Shown here piece after piece: positions 51,301 through 64,000 of a DNA stretch of 64,000 bases. A program made the translations under genes and the position numbers. This stretch comes from Azolla caroliniana. Its lineage: Eukaryota; Plantae; Polypodiophyta. The notes under the pieces were generated by a model. That model was not told the origin of the DNA and did not search any database. It worked only from the letters and a program-made list of their open reading frames with translations. The stretch lies in contig JBHGNT010000091.1 of assembly GCA_043228905.1 (NCBI GenBank), positions 29,905 to 93,904 on the forward strand. The letters are read 5' to 3'. Each line of letters opens with the position of its first letter. Positions within the stretch are counted from its first letter, which is position 1.

Positions 51301-54139
51301 TCTTGATTTTTTAATTCCATATCATAGGTAGCATTGTTAGCTTCGATTCGCATGTTTGAACACAAAAATCCGATATGACACGAGCCAGGTATGAACATTT
51401 TCATTTACTCAAGGGCTCCTCTCAACTCACTCCTCAAATTTGGTAATTTCGTCATGTCTGTGGACCTGAGTTTCAAAATCTTGATTTTTTAATTCCATAT
51501 CATAGGTAGCATTGTTAGCTTCGATTCGCATGTTTGAACACAAAAATCCGATATAACACGTGCCAGGTATGAACATTTTAATTTACTCAAGGGCTCCTCT
51601 CAACTCACTCCTCAAATTTGGTAATTTCGTCATGTCTGTTGACCTGAGTTTTAAAATCTTGATTTTTTAATTCCCCATCATAGCTAGCGTTGTTAGCTTC
51701 GATTCGCATGTTTTAACACAAAAAGCCGATATGACACGAGCCAGGTATGAACATTTTGATTTACTCAAGGGCTCCTCTCCACTACTTCCTCAAGTTTGCT
51801 AATTTCGTCATGTCTCTCGACCTGAGTTTCAAAATCTTGATTTTTTAATTCCATATCATACGTAGTGTTGTTAGCTTCGATTCGCATGTTTCAACACAGA
51901 AATCCGATATGACACGAGCCAGGTATGAACATTTTCATTTACTGAAGGGCTCTTCTCAACTCACTCCTCAAATTTGGTAATTTCGTCATGTCTCTCGACC
52001 TGAGTTTCAAAATCTTGATTTTTTAATTGCATATCATAGGTAGTGTTGTTAGCTTCGATTCGCATGTTTGAACACAAAAATCCGATATGACACGAGCCAG
52101 GTATGAACATTTTAATTTACTCAAGGGCTCCTCTCAACTCACTCCTCAAATTTGGTAATTTCGTCATGTCTGTCGACCTGAGTTTCAAAATCTTGATTTT
52201 TTAATTCCATATCATAGCTAGCATTGTTAGCTTCGATTCGCATGTTTGAACACAAAAATCCGATATCACACGAGCCAGGTATGAACATTTTCATTTACTG
52301 AAGGGCTCCTCTCAAGTCACTCCTCTAATTTGGTAATTTCATCATGTCTCTCGACCTGAGTTTCAAAATCTTGATTTTTTAATTCCAGATCATAGCTAGC
52401 GTTGTTAGCTTCGATTCGCATGTTTGAACACAAAAAAACGATATCACACGAGCCAGGTATGAACTATTTAATTTACCTCCTAGCTCTTCTCAAATCACTC
52501 CTCAAATTTGGAAATTTCGTCATGTCTCTCGACCTGAGTTTCAAAATCTTGATTTTTTAATTCCATATCATAGCTAGCGTTGTTAGCTTCGATTCGCATG
52601 TTTGAACACAAAAATCCGATATTACACGAGCCAGGTATGAACATTTTCATTTACTCAAGGGCTCCTCTCAACTCACTCCTCAAATTTGGTAATTTCGTCA
52701 TGTCTCTCGACCTGAGTTTCAAAATCTTGATTTCTTAATTCCATATCATAGCTAGCGTTGTTAGCTTCGATTCGCATGTTTGAACACAAATATACGATAT
52801 CACACGAGCCAGGTATGAACTATTTAATTTACCTCCTAGCTCTTCTCAACTCACTCCTCAAATTTGGTAATTTCGTCATGTCTCTCGACCTAAGTTTCAA
52901 AATCTTGATTTTTTAATTGCATATCATAGGTAGTGTTGTTAGCTTCGATTCGCATGTTTGAACACAAAAATCCGATATGACACGAGCCAGGTATGAACAT
53001 TTTCATTTACTCAAGGGCTCCTCTCAACTCACTCCTCAAATTTGGTAATTTCGTCATGTCTGTCGACCTGAGTTTCAAAATCTTGATTTTTTAATTCCAT
53101 ATCATAGCTAGCATTGTTAGCTTCGATTCGCATGTTTGAACACAAAAATCCGATATCACACGAGCCAGGTATGAACATTTTCATTTACTGAAGGGCTCCT
53201 CTCAAGTCACTCCTCAAATTTGGTAATTTCATCATGTCTCTCGACTTGAGTTTCAAAATCTTTATTTTTTAATTCCAGATCATAGCTAGCGTTGTTAGCT
53301 TCGATTCGCATGTTTGAACACAAATATACGATATCACACGAGCCAGGTATGAACTATTTAATTTACCTCCTAGCTCTTCTCAACTCACTCCTCAAATTTG
53401 GAAATTTCGTCATGTCTCTCGACCTGAGTTTCAAAATCTTGATTTTTTAATTCCATGTCATAGCTAGCGTTGTTAGCTTCGATTCGCATGTTTGAACACA
53501 AAAATCCGATATTACACGAGCCAGGTATGAACATTTTCATTTACTCAAGGGCTCCTCTCAACTCACTCCTCAAATTTGGTAATTTCTTCATGTCTCTCGA
53601 CCTGAGTTTCAAAATCTTGATTTCTTAATTCCATATCATAGCTAGCGTTGTTAGCTTCGATTCGCATGTTTGAACACAAAAATCCGATATCACACAAGCT
53701 AGGTATGAACATTTTCGTTTACCCACTAGCTCGTCTTAACTCACTCCTCAAATTTGGTAATTTCCTCATGTCTCTCGACCTGAGTTTCAAAATCTTGATT
53801 TCTTAATTCCATATCATAGCTAGCGTTGTTAGCTTCGATTCGCATGTTTGAACACAAATATACGATATCACACGAGCCAGGTATGAACTATTTAATTTAC
53901 CTCCTAGCTCTTCTCAACTCACTCCTCAAATTTGGAAATTTCGTCATGTCTCTCGACCTGAGTTTCAAAATCTTGATTTTTTAATTCCATATCATAGCTA
54001 GCGTTGTTAGCTTCGATTCAGATGTTTGAACACAAAAATCCGATATTACACGTACCAGGTATGAACATTTTAATTTACCTCCTAGCACTTCTCAACTCAC
54101 TCCTCAAATTTGGAAATTTCGTCATGTCTCTAGACCTGA

Positions 54140-57100
54140 GTTTCAAAATCTTGATTTTTTAATTCCATATCATAGCTAGCGTTGTTAGCTTCGATTCGCA
54201 TGTTTCAACACAAAAATCCGATATGACACGAGCCAGGTATGAACATTTTCATTTACTCAAGGGCTCCTCTCAACTCACTACTCAAATTTGGTAATTTCGT
54301 CATGTCTCTCGACCTGAGTTTCAAAATCTTGATTTTTTAATTCCATATCATAGCTAGCGTTGTTAGCTTCGATTCGCATGTTTGAACACAAAAATCCGAT
54401 ATCACACGAGCTAGGTATGAACATTTTCGTTTACCCACTAGCTCGTCTTAACTCACTCCTCAAATTTGGTAATTTCGTCATGTCTCTCGACCTGAGTTTC
54501 AAAATCTTGATTTCTTAATTCCATATCATAGCTAGCGTTGTTAGCTTCGATTCGCATGTTTGAACACAAATATACGATATCACACGAGCCAGGTATGAAC
54601 TATTTAATTTACCTCCTAGCTCTTCTCAACTCACTCCTCAAATTTGGAAATTTCATCATGTCTCTCGACCTGAGTTTCAAAATCTTGATTTTTTAATTCC
54701 ATATCATAGCTAGCGTTGTTAGCTTCGATTCGCATGTTTGAACACAAAAATCCGATATTACACGAGCCAGGTATGAACATTTTCATTTACTCAAGGGCTC
54801 CTCTCAACTCACTCCTCAAATTTGGTAATTTCTTCATGTCTCTCGACCTGAGTTTCAAAATCTTGATTTCTTAATTCCATATCATACCAACGTTGTTAGC
54901 TTCGATTCGCATGTTTGAACACAAAAATCCGATATCACACGAGCTAGGTATGAACATTTACGTTTACCCACTAGCTCGTCTTAACTCACTCCTCAAATTT
55001 GGTAATTTCCTCATGTCTCTCGACCTGAGTTTCAAAATCTTGATTTCTTAATTCCATATCATAGCTAGCGTTGTTAGCTTCGATTCGCATGTTTGAACAC
55101 AAATATACGATATCACACGAGCCAGGTATGAACTATTTAATTTACCTCCTAGCTCTTCCCAACTCGCTCCTCAAATTTGGAAATTTCGTCATGTCTCTCG
55201 ACCTGAGTTTCAAAATCTTGATTTCTTAATTCCATATCATAGCTAGGGTTGTTAGCTTCGATTCGCATGTTTGAACACAAATATACGATATCACACGAGC
55301 CAGGTATGAACTATTTAATTTACCTCTTAGCTCTTCTCAACTCACTCCTCAAATTTGGAAATTTCATCATGTCTCTCGACCTGAGTTTCAAAATCTTGAT
55401 TTTTTAATTCCATATCATAGCTAGCGTTGTTAGCTTCGATTCGCATGTTTGAACACAAAAATCCGATATGACACGAGCCAGGTATGAACATTTTCATTTA
55501 CTCAAGGGCTCCTCTCAACTCACTCCTCAAATTTGGTAATTTCTTCATGTCTGTCGACCTGAGTTTCAAAATCTTGATTTTTTAATTCCATATCATAGCT
55601 AACGTTGTTAGCTTCGATTCGCATGTTTGAACACAAAAACCCTATATGATACGAGCCAGGTATGAACATTTTAAATTACTCAAGGGCTCCTCTCAACTCA
55701 CTCCTCAAATTTGGTAATTCCGTCATGTATCTCGACCTGAGTTTCAAAATCTTGATTTTTTAATTCCATATCAGATCTAGCGTTGTTAGCTTCGATTCCC
55801 ATGTTTGAACACAAAAATCCGATATGATACGTGCCAGGTATGAACATTTTAATTTACTCAAGGGCTCCTCTCAACTCACTCCTCAAATTTGGAAATTTCG
55901 TCATGTCTCTCGACCTGAGTTTCAAAATCTTGATTTCTTAATTCCATATCATAGCTAGGGTTGTTAGCTTCGATTCGCATGTTTGAACACAAATATACGA
56001 TATCACACGAGCCAGGTATGAACTATTTAATTTACCTCTTAGCTCTTCTCAACTCACTCCTCAAATTTGGAAATTTCATCATGTCTCTCGACCTGAGTTT
56101 CAAAATCTTGATTTTTTAATTCCATATCATAGCTAGCGTTGTTAGCTTCGATTCGCATGTTTGAACACAAAAATCCGATATGACACGAGCCAGGTATGAA
56201 CATTTTCATTTACTCAAGGGCTCCTCTCAACTCACTCCTCAAATTTGGTAATTTCTTCATGTCTGTCGACCTGAGTTTCAAAATCTTGATTTTTTAATTC
56301 CATATCATAGCTAACGTTGTTAGCTTCGATTCGCATGTTTGAACACAAAAACCCTATATGATACGAGCCAGGTATGAACATTTTAAATTACTCAAGGGCT
56401 CCTCTCAACTCACTCCTCAAATTTGGTAATTCCGTCATGTATCTCGACCTGAGTTTCAAAATCTTGATTTTTTAATTCCATATCAGATCTAGCGTTGTTA
56501 GCTTCGATTCCCATGTTTGAACACAAAAATCCGATATGATACGTGCCAGGTATGAACATTTTAATTTACTCAAGGGCTCCTCTCAACTCACTCCTCAAAT
56601 TTGGAAATTTCGTCATGTCTCTCGACCTGAGTTTCAAAATCTTGATTTCTTAATTCCATATCATAGCTAGGGTTGTTAGCTTCGATTCGCATGTTTGAAC
56701 ACAAATATACGATATCACACGAGCCAGGTATGAACTATTTAATTTACCTCTTAGCTCTTCTCAACTCACTCCTCAAATTTGGAAATTTCATCATGTCTCT
56801 CGACCTGAGTTTCAAAATCTTGATTTTTTAATTCCATATCATAGCTAGCGTTGTTAGCTTCGATTCGCATGTTTGAACACAAAAATCCGATATGACACGA
56901 GCCAGGTATGAACATTTTCATTTACTCAAGGGCTCCTCTCAACTCACTCCTCAAATTTGGTAATTTCTTCATGTCTGTCGACCTGAGTTTCAAAATCTTG
57001 ATTTTTTAATTCCATATCATAGCTAACGTTGTTAGCTTCGATTCGCATGTTTGAACACAAAAACCCTATATGACACGAGCCAGGTATGAACATTTTAAAT

Positions 57101-60100
57101 TACTCAAGGGCTCCTCTCAACTCACTCCTCAAATTTGGTAATTCCGTCATGTATCTCGACCTGAGTTTCAAAATCTTGATTTTTTAATTCCATATCAGAT
57201 CTAGCGTTGTTAGCTTCGATTCCCATGTTTGAACACAAAAATCCGATATGATACGTGCCAGGTATGAACATTTTAATTTACTCAAGGGCTCCTCTCAACT
57301 CACTCCTCAAATTTGGAAATTTCGTCATGTCTCTCGACCTGAGTTTCAAAATCTTGATTTTTTAATTCCATATCATAGCTAGCGTTGTTAGCTTCCATTC
57401 GCATGTTTGAACACAAAAATCCGATATCACACGAGCCAGGTATGAACTATTTAATTTTCCTCCTAGCTCTTCTCAACTCACTCCTCAAATTTGGTAATTT
57501 CATCATGTCTCTCGACCTGAGTTTCAAAATCTTGATTTTTTAATTCCATATCATAGCTAGCGTTGTTAGCTTCCATTCGCATGTTTGAACACAAAAATCC
57601 GATATCACACGAGCCAGGTATGAACTATTTAATTTTCCTCCTAGCTCTTCTCAACTCACTCCTCAAATTTGGTAATTTCATCATGTCTCTCGACCTGAGT
57701 TTCAAAATCTTGATTTTTTAATTCCATATAATAGCTAGCGTTGTTAGCTTCGATTCGCATGTTTGAACACAAAAATCCGATATCACACGAGCCAGGTATG
57801 AACTATTTAATTTTCCTCCTAGCTCTTCTCAACTCACTCCTCAAATTTGGAAATTTCATCATGTCTCTCGACCTGAGTTTCAGAATCTTGATTTCTTAAT
57901 TCCATATAATAGCTAGCGTTGTTAGCTTCGATTCGCATGTTTGAACACAGAAATCCGATATCACACGAGCCAGGTATGAACATTTTGATTTACTCAAGGG
58001 CTCCTTTCAACTCACTACTCAAATTTGGTAATTTCGTCATGTCTGTCGACCTGAGTTTCAAAATCTTGATTTTTTAATTCCATATCATAACTAGCGTTGT
58101 TAGTTTCGATTCGCATGTTTGAACACAAAAATCCGATATGACACGAGCCAGGTATGAACATTTCGATTTACTCAAGGGCTCCTCTCAACTCACTCCTCAA
58201 ATTTGGTAATTTCGTCATGTCTGTCGACCTGAGTTTCAAAATCTTGATTTTTTAATTCCATATCATAGCTAGCGTTGTTAGCTTCGATTCGCATGTTTGA
58301 ACACAAAAATCCGATATCACAGGAGCCAGGTATGAACTATTTAATTTACCTCCTACCTCTTCCCAACTCACTCCTCACATTTGGTAATTTCGTCATGTCT
58401 CTCGACCTGAGTGTCAAAATCTTGATTTTTTAATTCAATATCATAGGTAGCGTTGTTAGCTTCAATTCGCATGTTTGAACACAAAAATCCGATATTACAC
58501 GAGCCAGGTATGAACATTTTAATTTACTCAAGGGCACCTCTCAACTCACTACTCAAATTTGGTAATTTCGTCATGTCTCTCGACCTGAGTTTCAAAATCT
58601 TGATTTTTTAATTCCATAATATAGCTAGCGTTGTTAGCTTCGATTCGCATGTTTGAACACAAAAATTCGATATCACACAAGCCAGGTATGAACATTTTAA
58701 TTTACCTCCTAGCTCTTCTGAACTCACTCCTCAAATTTGGTGATTTCATCATGTCTCTCGATCTGAGTTTCAAAATCTTGATTTTTTAATTCCATATCAT
58801 AGCTAGCGTTGTTAGCTTCGATTCCCATGTTTGAACACAAAAATCCGATATGAGACGAGCCAGATATGAACATTTTAATTTACTCAAGGGCTCCTCTCAA
58901 CTCACTCCTCAAATTTGGAAATTTCGTCATGTCTCTCGACCTGAGTTTCAAAATCTTGATTTTTTAATTCCATATCATAGCTAGCGTTGTTAGCTTCGAT
59001 TCGCATGTTTCAACACAAAAATCCGATATTACACGAGCCAGGTATGAACATTTTCATTTACTGAAGGGCTCCTCTCAACTCACTCCTCAAATTTGGTAAT
59101 TTCGTCATGTCTCTCGACCTGAGTTTCAAAATCTTGATTTTTTAATTCCATATCATAGCTAGCGTTGTTAGCTTCGATTCGCATGTTTGAACACAAAAAT
59201 CCGATATCACACGAGCTAGGTATGAACATTTTCGTTTACCCACTAGCTCGTCTTAACTCACTCCTCAAATTTGGTAATTTCGTCATGTCTCTCGACCTGA
59301 GTTTCAAAATCTTGATTTCTTAATTCCATATCATAGCTAGCGTTGTTAGCTTCGATTCGCATGTTTGAACACAAATATACGATATCACACGAGCCAGGTA
59401 TGAACTATTTAATTTACCTCCTAGCTCTTCTCAACTCACTCCTCAAATTTGGAAATTTCATCATGTCTCTCGACCTGAGTTTCAAAATCTTGATTTTTTA
59501 ATTCCATATCATAGCTAGCGTTGTTAGCTTCGATTCGCATGTTTGAACACAAAAATCCGATATTACACGAGCCAGGTATGAACATTTTCATTTACTCAAG
59601 GGCTCCTCTCAACTCACTCCTCAAATTTGGTAATTTCTTCATGTCTCTCGACCTGAGTTTCAAAATCTTGATTTCTTAATTCCATATCATACCAACGTTG
59701 TTAGCTTCGATTCGCATGTTTGAACACAAAAATCCGATATCACACGAGCTAGGTATGAACATTTACGTTTACCCACTAGCTCGTCTTAACTCACTCCTCA
59801 AATTTGGTAATTTCCTCATGTCTCTCGACCTGAGTTTCAAAATCTTGATTTCTTAATTCCATATCATAGCTAGCGTTGTTAGCTTCGATTCGCATGTTTG
59901 AACACAAATATACGATATCACACGAGCCAGGTATGAACTATTTAATTTACCTCCTAGCTCTTCCCAACTCGCTCCTCAAATTTGGAAATTTCGTCATGTC
60001 TCTCGACCTGAGTTTCAAAATCTTGATTTCTTAATTCCATATCATAGCTAGGGTTGTTAGCTTCGATTCGCATGTTTGAACACAAATATACGATATCACA

Positions 60101-63100
60101 CGAGCCAGGTATGAACTATTTAATTTACCTCTTAGCTCTTCTCAACTCACTCCTCAAATTTGGAAATTTCATCATGTCTCTCGACCTGAGTTTCAAAATC
60201 TTGATTTTTTAATTCCATATCATAGCTAGCGTTGTTAGCTTCGATTCGCATGTTTGAACACAAAAATCCGATATGACACGAGCCAGGTATGAACATTTTC
60301 ATTTACTCAAGGGCTCCTCTCAACTCACTCCTCAAATTTGGTAATTTCTTCATGTCTGTCGACCTGAGTTTCAAAATCTTGATTTTTTAATTCCATATCA
60401 TAGCTAACGTTGTTAGCTTCGATTCGCATGTTTGAACACAAAAACCCTATATGATACGAGCCAGGTATGAACATTTTAAATTACTCAAGGGCTCCTCTCA
60501 ACTCACTCCTCAAATTTGGTAATTCCGTCATGTATCTCGACCTGAGTTTCAAAATCTTGATTTTTTAATTCCATATCAGATCTAGCGTTGTTAGCTTCGA
60601 TTCCCATGTTTGAACACAAAAATCCGATATGATACGTGCCAGGTATGAACATTTTAATTTACTCAAGGGCTCCTCTCAACTCACTCCTCAAATTTGGAAA
60701 TTTCGTCATGTCTCTCGACCTGAGTTTCAAAATCTTGATTTCTTAATTCCATATCATAGCTAGGGTTGTTAGCTTCGATTCGCATGTTTGAACACAAATA
60801 TACGATATCACACGAGCCAGGTATGAACTATTTAATTTACCTCTTAGCTCTTCTCAACTCACTCCTCAAATTTGGAAATTTCATCATGTCTCTCGACCTG
60901 AGTTTCAAAATCTTGATTTTTTAATTCCATATCATAGCTAGCGTTGTTAGCTTCGATTCGCATGTTTGAACACAAAAATCCGATATGACACGAGCCAGGT
61001 ATGAACATTTTCATTTACTCAAGGGCTCCTCTCAACTCACTCCTCAAATTTGGTAATTTCTTCATGTCTGTCGACCTGAGTTTCAAAATCTTGATTTTTT
61101 AATTCCATATCATAGCTAACGTTGTTAGCTTCGATTCGCATGTTTGAACACAAAAACCCTATATGATACGAGCCAGGTATGAACATTTTAAATTACTCAA
61201 GGGCTCCTCTCAACTCACTCCTCAAATTTGGTAATTCCGTCATGTATCTCGACCTGAGTTTCAAAATCTTGATTTTTTAATTCCATATCAGATCTAGCGT
61301 TGTTAGCTTCGATTCCCATGTTTGAACACAAAAATCCGATATGATACGTGCCAGGTATGAACATTTTAATTTACTCAAGGGCTCCTCTCAACTCACTCCT
61401 CAAATTTGGAAATTTCGTCATGTCTCTCGACCTGAGTTTCAAAATCTTGATTTCTTAATTCCATATCATAGCTAGGGTTGTTAGCTTCGATTCGCATGTT
61501 TGAACACAAATATACGATATCACACGAGCCAGGTATGAACTATTTAATTTACCTCTTAGCTCTTCTCAACTCACTCCTCAAATTTGGAAATTTCATCATG
61601 TCTCTCGACCTGAGTTTCAAAATCTTGATTTTTTAATTCCATATCATAGCTAGCGTTGTTAGTTTCGATTCGCATGTTTGAACACAAAAATCCGATATGA
61701 CACGAGCCAGGTATGAACATTTTCATTTACTCAAGGGCTCCTCTCAACTCACTCCTCAAATTTGGTAATTTCTTCATGTCTGTCGACCTGAGTTTCAAAA
61801 TCTTGATTTTTTAATTCCATATCATAGCTAACGTTGTTAGCTTCGATTCGCATGTTTGAACACAAAAACCCTATATGACACGAGCCAGGTATGAACATTT
61901 TAAATTACTCAAGGGCTCCTCTCAACTCACTCCTCAAATTTGGTAATTCCGTCATGTATCTCGACCTGAGTTTCAAAATCTTGATTTTTTAATTCCATAT
62001 CAGATCTAGCGTTGTTAGCTTCGATTCCCATGTTTGAACACAAAAATCCGATATGATACGTGCCAGGTATGAACATTTTAATTTACTCAAGGGCTCCTCT
62101 CAACTCACTCCTCAAATTTGGAAATTTCGTCATGTCTCTCGACCTGAGTTTCAAAATCTTGATTTTTTAATTCCATATCATAGCTAGCGTTGTTAGCTTC
62201 CATTCGCATGTTTGAACACAAAAATCCGATATCACACGAGCCAGGTATGAACTATTTAATTTTCCTCCTAGCTCTTCTCAACTCACTCCTCAAATTTGGT
62301 AATTTCATCATGTCTCTCGACCTGAGTTTCAAAATCTTGATTTTTTAATTCCATATCATAGCTAGCGTTGTTAGCTTCCATTCGCATGTTTGAACACAAA
62401 AATCCGATATCACACGAGCCAGGTATGAACTATTTAATTTTCCTCCTAGCTCTTCTCAACTCACTCCTCAAATTTGGTAATTTCATCATGTCTCTCGACC
62501 TGAGTTTCAAAATCTTGATTTTTTAATTCCATATAATAGCTAGCGTTGTTAGCTTCGATTCGCATGTTTGAACACAAAAATCCGATATCACACGAGCCAG
62601 GTATGAACTATTTAATTTTCCTCCTAGCTCTTCTCAACTCACTCCTCAAATTTGGAAATTTCATCATGTCTCTCGACCTGAGTTTCAGAATCTTGATTTC
62701 TTAATTCCATATAATAGCTAGCGTTGTTAGCTTCGATTCGCATGTTTGAACACAGAAATCCGATATCACACGAGCCAGGTATGAACATTTTGATTTACTC
62801 AAGGGCTCCTTTCAACTCACTACTCAAATTTGGTAATTTCGTCATGTCTGTCGACCTGAGTTTCAAAATCTTGATTTTTTAATTCCATATCATAACTAGC
62901 GTTGTTAGTTTCGATTCGCATGTTTGAACACAAAAATCCGATATGACACGAGCCAGGTATGAACATTTCGATTTACTCAAGGGCTCCTCTCAACTCACTC
63001 CTCAAATTTGGTAATTTCGTCATGTCTGTCGACCTGAGTTTCAAAATCTTGATTTTTTAATTCCATATCATAGCTAGCGTTGTTAGCTTCGATTCGCATG

Positions 63101-63900
63101 TTTGAACACAAAAATCCGATATCACAGGAGCCAGGTATGAACTATTTAATTTACCTCCTAGCTCTTCCCAACTCACTCCTCACATTTGGTAATTTCGTCA
63201 TGTCTCTCGACCTGAGTGTCAAAATCTTGATTTTTTAATTCAATATCATAGGTAGCGTTGTTAGCTTCAATTCGCATGTTTGAACACAAAAATCCGATAT
63301 TACACGAGCCAGGTATGAACATTTTAATTTACTCAAGGGCACCTCTCAACTCACTACTCAAATTTGGTAATTTCGTCATGTCTCTCGACCTGAGTTTCAA
63401 AATCTTGATTTTTTAATTCCATAATATAGCTAGCGTTGTTAGCTTCGATTCGCATGTTTGAACACAAAAATTCGATATCACACAAGCCAGGTATGAACAT
63501 TTTAATTTACCTCCTAGCTCTTCTGAACTCACTCCTCAAATTTGGTGATTTCATCATGTCTCTCGATCTGAGTTTCAAAATCTTGATTTTTTAATTCCAT
63601 ATCATAGCTAGCGTTGTTAGCTTCGATTCCCATGTTTGAACACAAAAATCCGATATGAGACGAGCCAGATATGAACATTTTAATTTACTCAAGGGCTCCT
63701 CTCAACTCACTCCTCAAATTTGGAAATTTCGTCATGTCTCTCGACCTGAGTTTCAAAATCTTGATTTTTTAATTCCATATCATAGCTAGCGTTGTTAGCT
63801 TCGATTCGCATGTTTCAACACAAAAATCCGATATTACACGAGCCAGGTATGAACATTTTCATTTACTCAAGGGCTCCTCTCAACTCACTACTCAAATTTG
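54140..63900 (-). repeat. 27-monomer (4805-bp) tandem duplication; each unit contains three copies of a 4-monomer (712-bp) HOR
   Basis: The marker aaaaaccctatatg occurs at 55640/56352/57064 and 60445/61157/61869. tgtttcaaca occurs at 54201, 59006 and 63811. The rare variants cataccaacg, cctcacattt, gagtgtcaaa, gggcacctc and gagacgagccagata each occur twice, 4805 bp apart. Confidence 0.9.
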
Positions 63901-64000
63901 GAAATTTCGTCATGTCTCTCGACCTGAGTTTCAAAATCTTGATTTTTTAATTCCATATCATAGCTAGCGTTGTTAGCTTCGATTCGCATGTGTTGAACAC

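Larger units (their letters stand above)
48363..64000 (-). repeat. 178-bp tandem satellite array, reverse orientation (~88 monomers; continues off the right edge)
   Basis: Same monomer, orientation and phase as 6078-43032. Confidence 0.97.

Noticed and set aside
1-64000. CRISPR array, 5S rDNA or tRNA tandem, or identity with Arabidopsis CEN178 / a CENP-B box
   Set aside because: There are no unique spacers and no 5S or tRNA sequence or structure. The monomer shares only its length with CEN178, and I found no TTCGnnnnAnnCGGG motif.

Overview
This window looks like plant centromeric or pericentromeric DNA. About 58.6 kb is a tandem satellite with a 178-bp monomer (roughly 330 copies); I do not recognise the species or family, and it is not Arabidopsis CEN178. 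The array switches strand at 6060-6077, across an 18-bp filler largely copied from the adjacent monomer. One young, intact Ty1/copia LTR retrotransposon (Tto1/Tnt1-like, probably Tork lineage; 43033-48362) interrupts the array. It has 607-bp LTRs differing at 3 positions, a GTATG target-site duplication, an iMet PBS, a PPT and a single uninterrupted 1358-aa gag-pol ORF. Diagnostic monomer variants reveal nested higher-order repeats (4-, 6-, 8-, 9- and 27-mer periods). They also show an un-inserted copy of the element's target 10 monomers downstream, and that the 6-kb inverted left arm resembles a compressed reverse-complement mirror of the 47 kb to its right. I found no cellular genes or RNA genes. 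All comparisons were made by eye.
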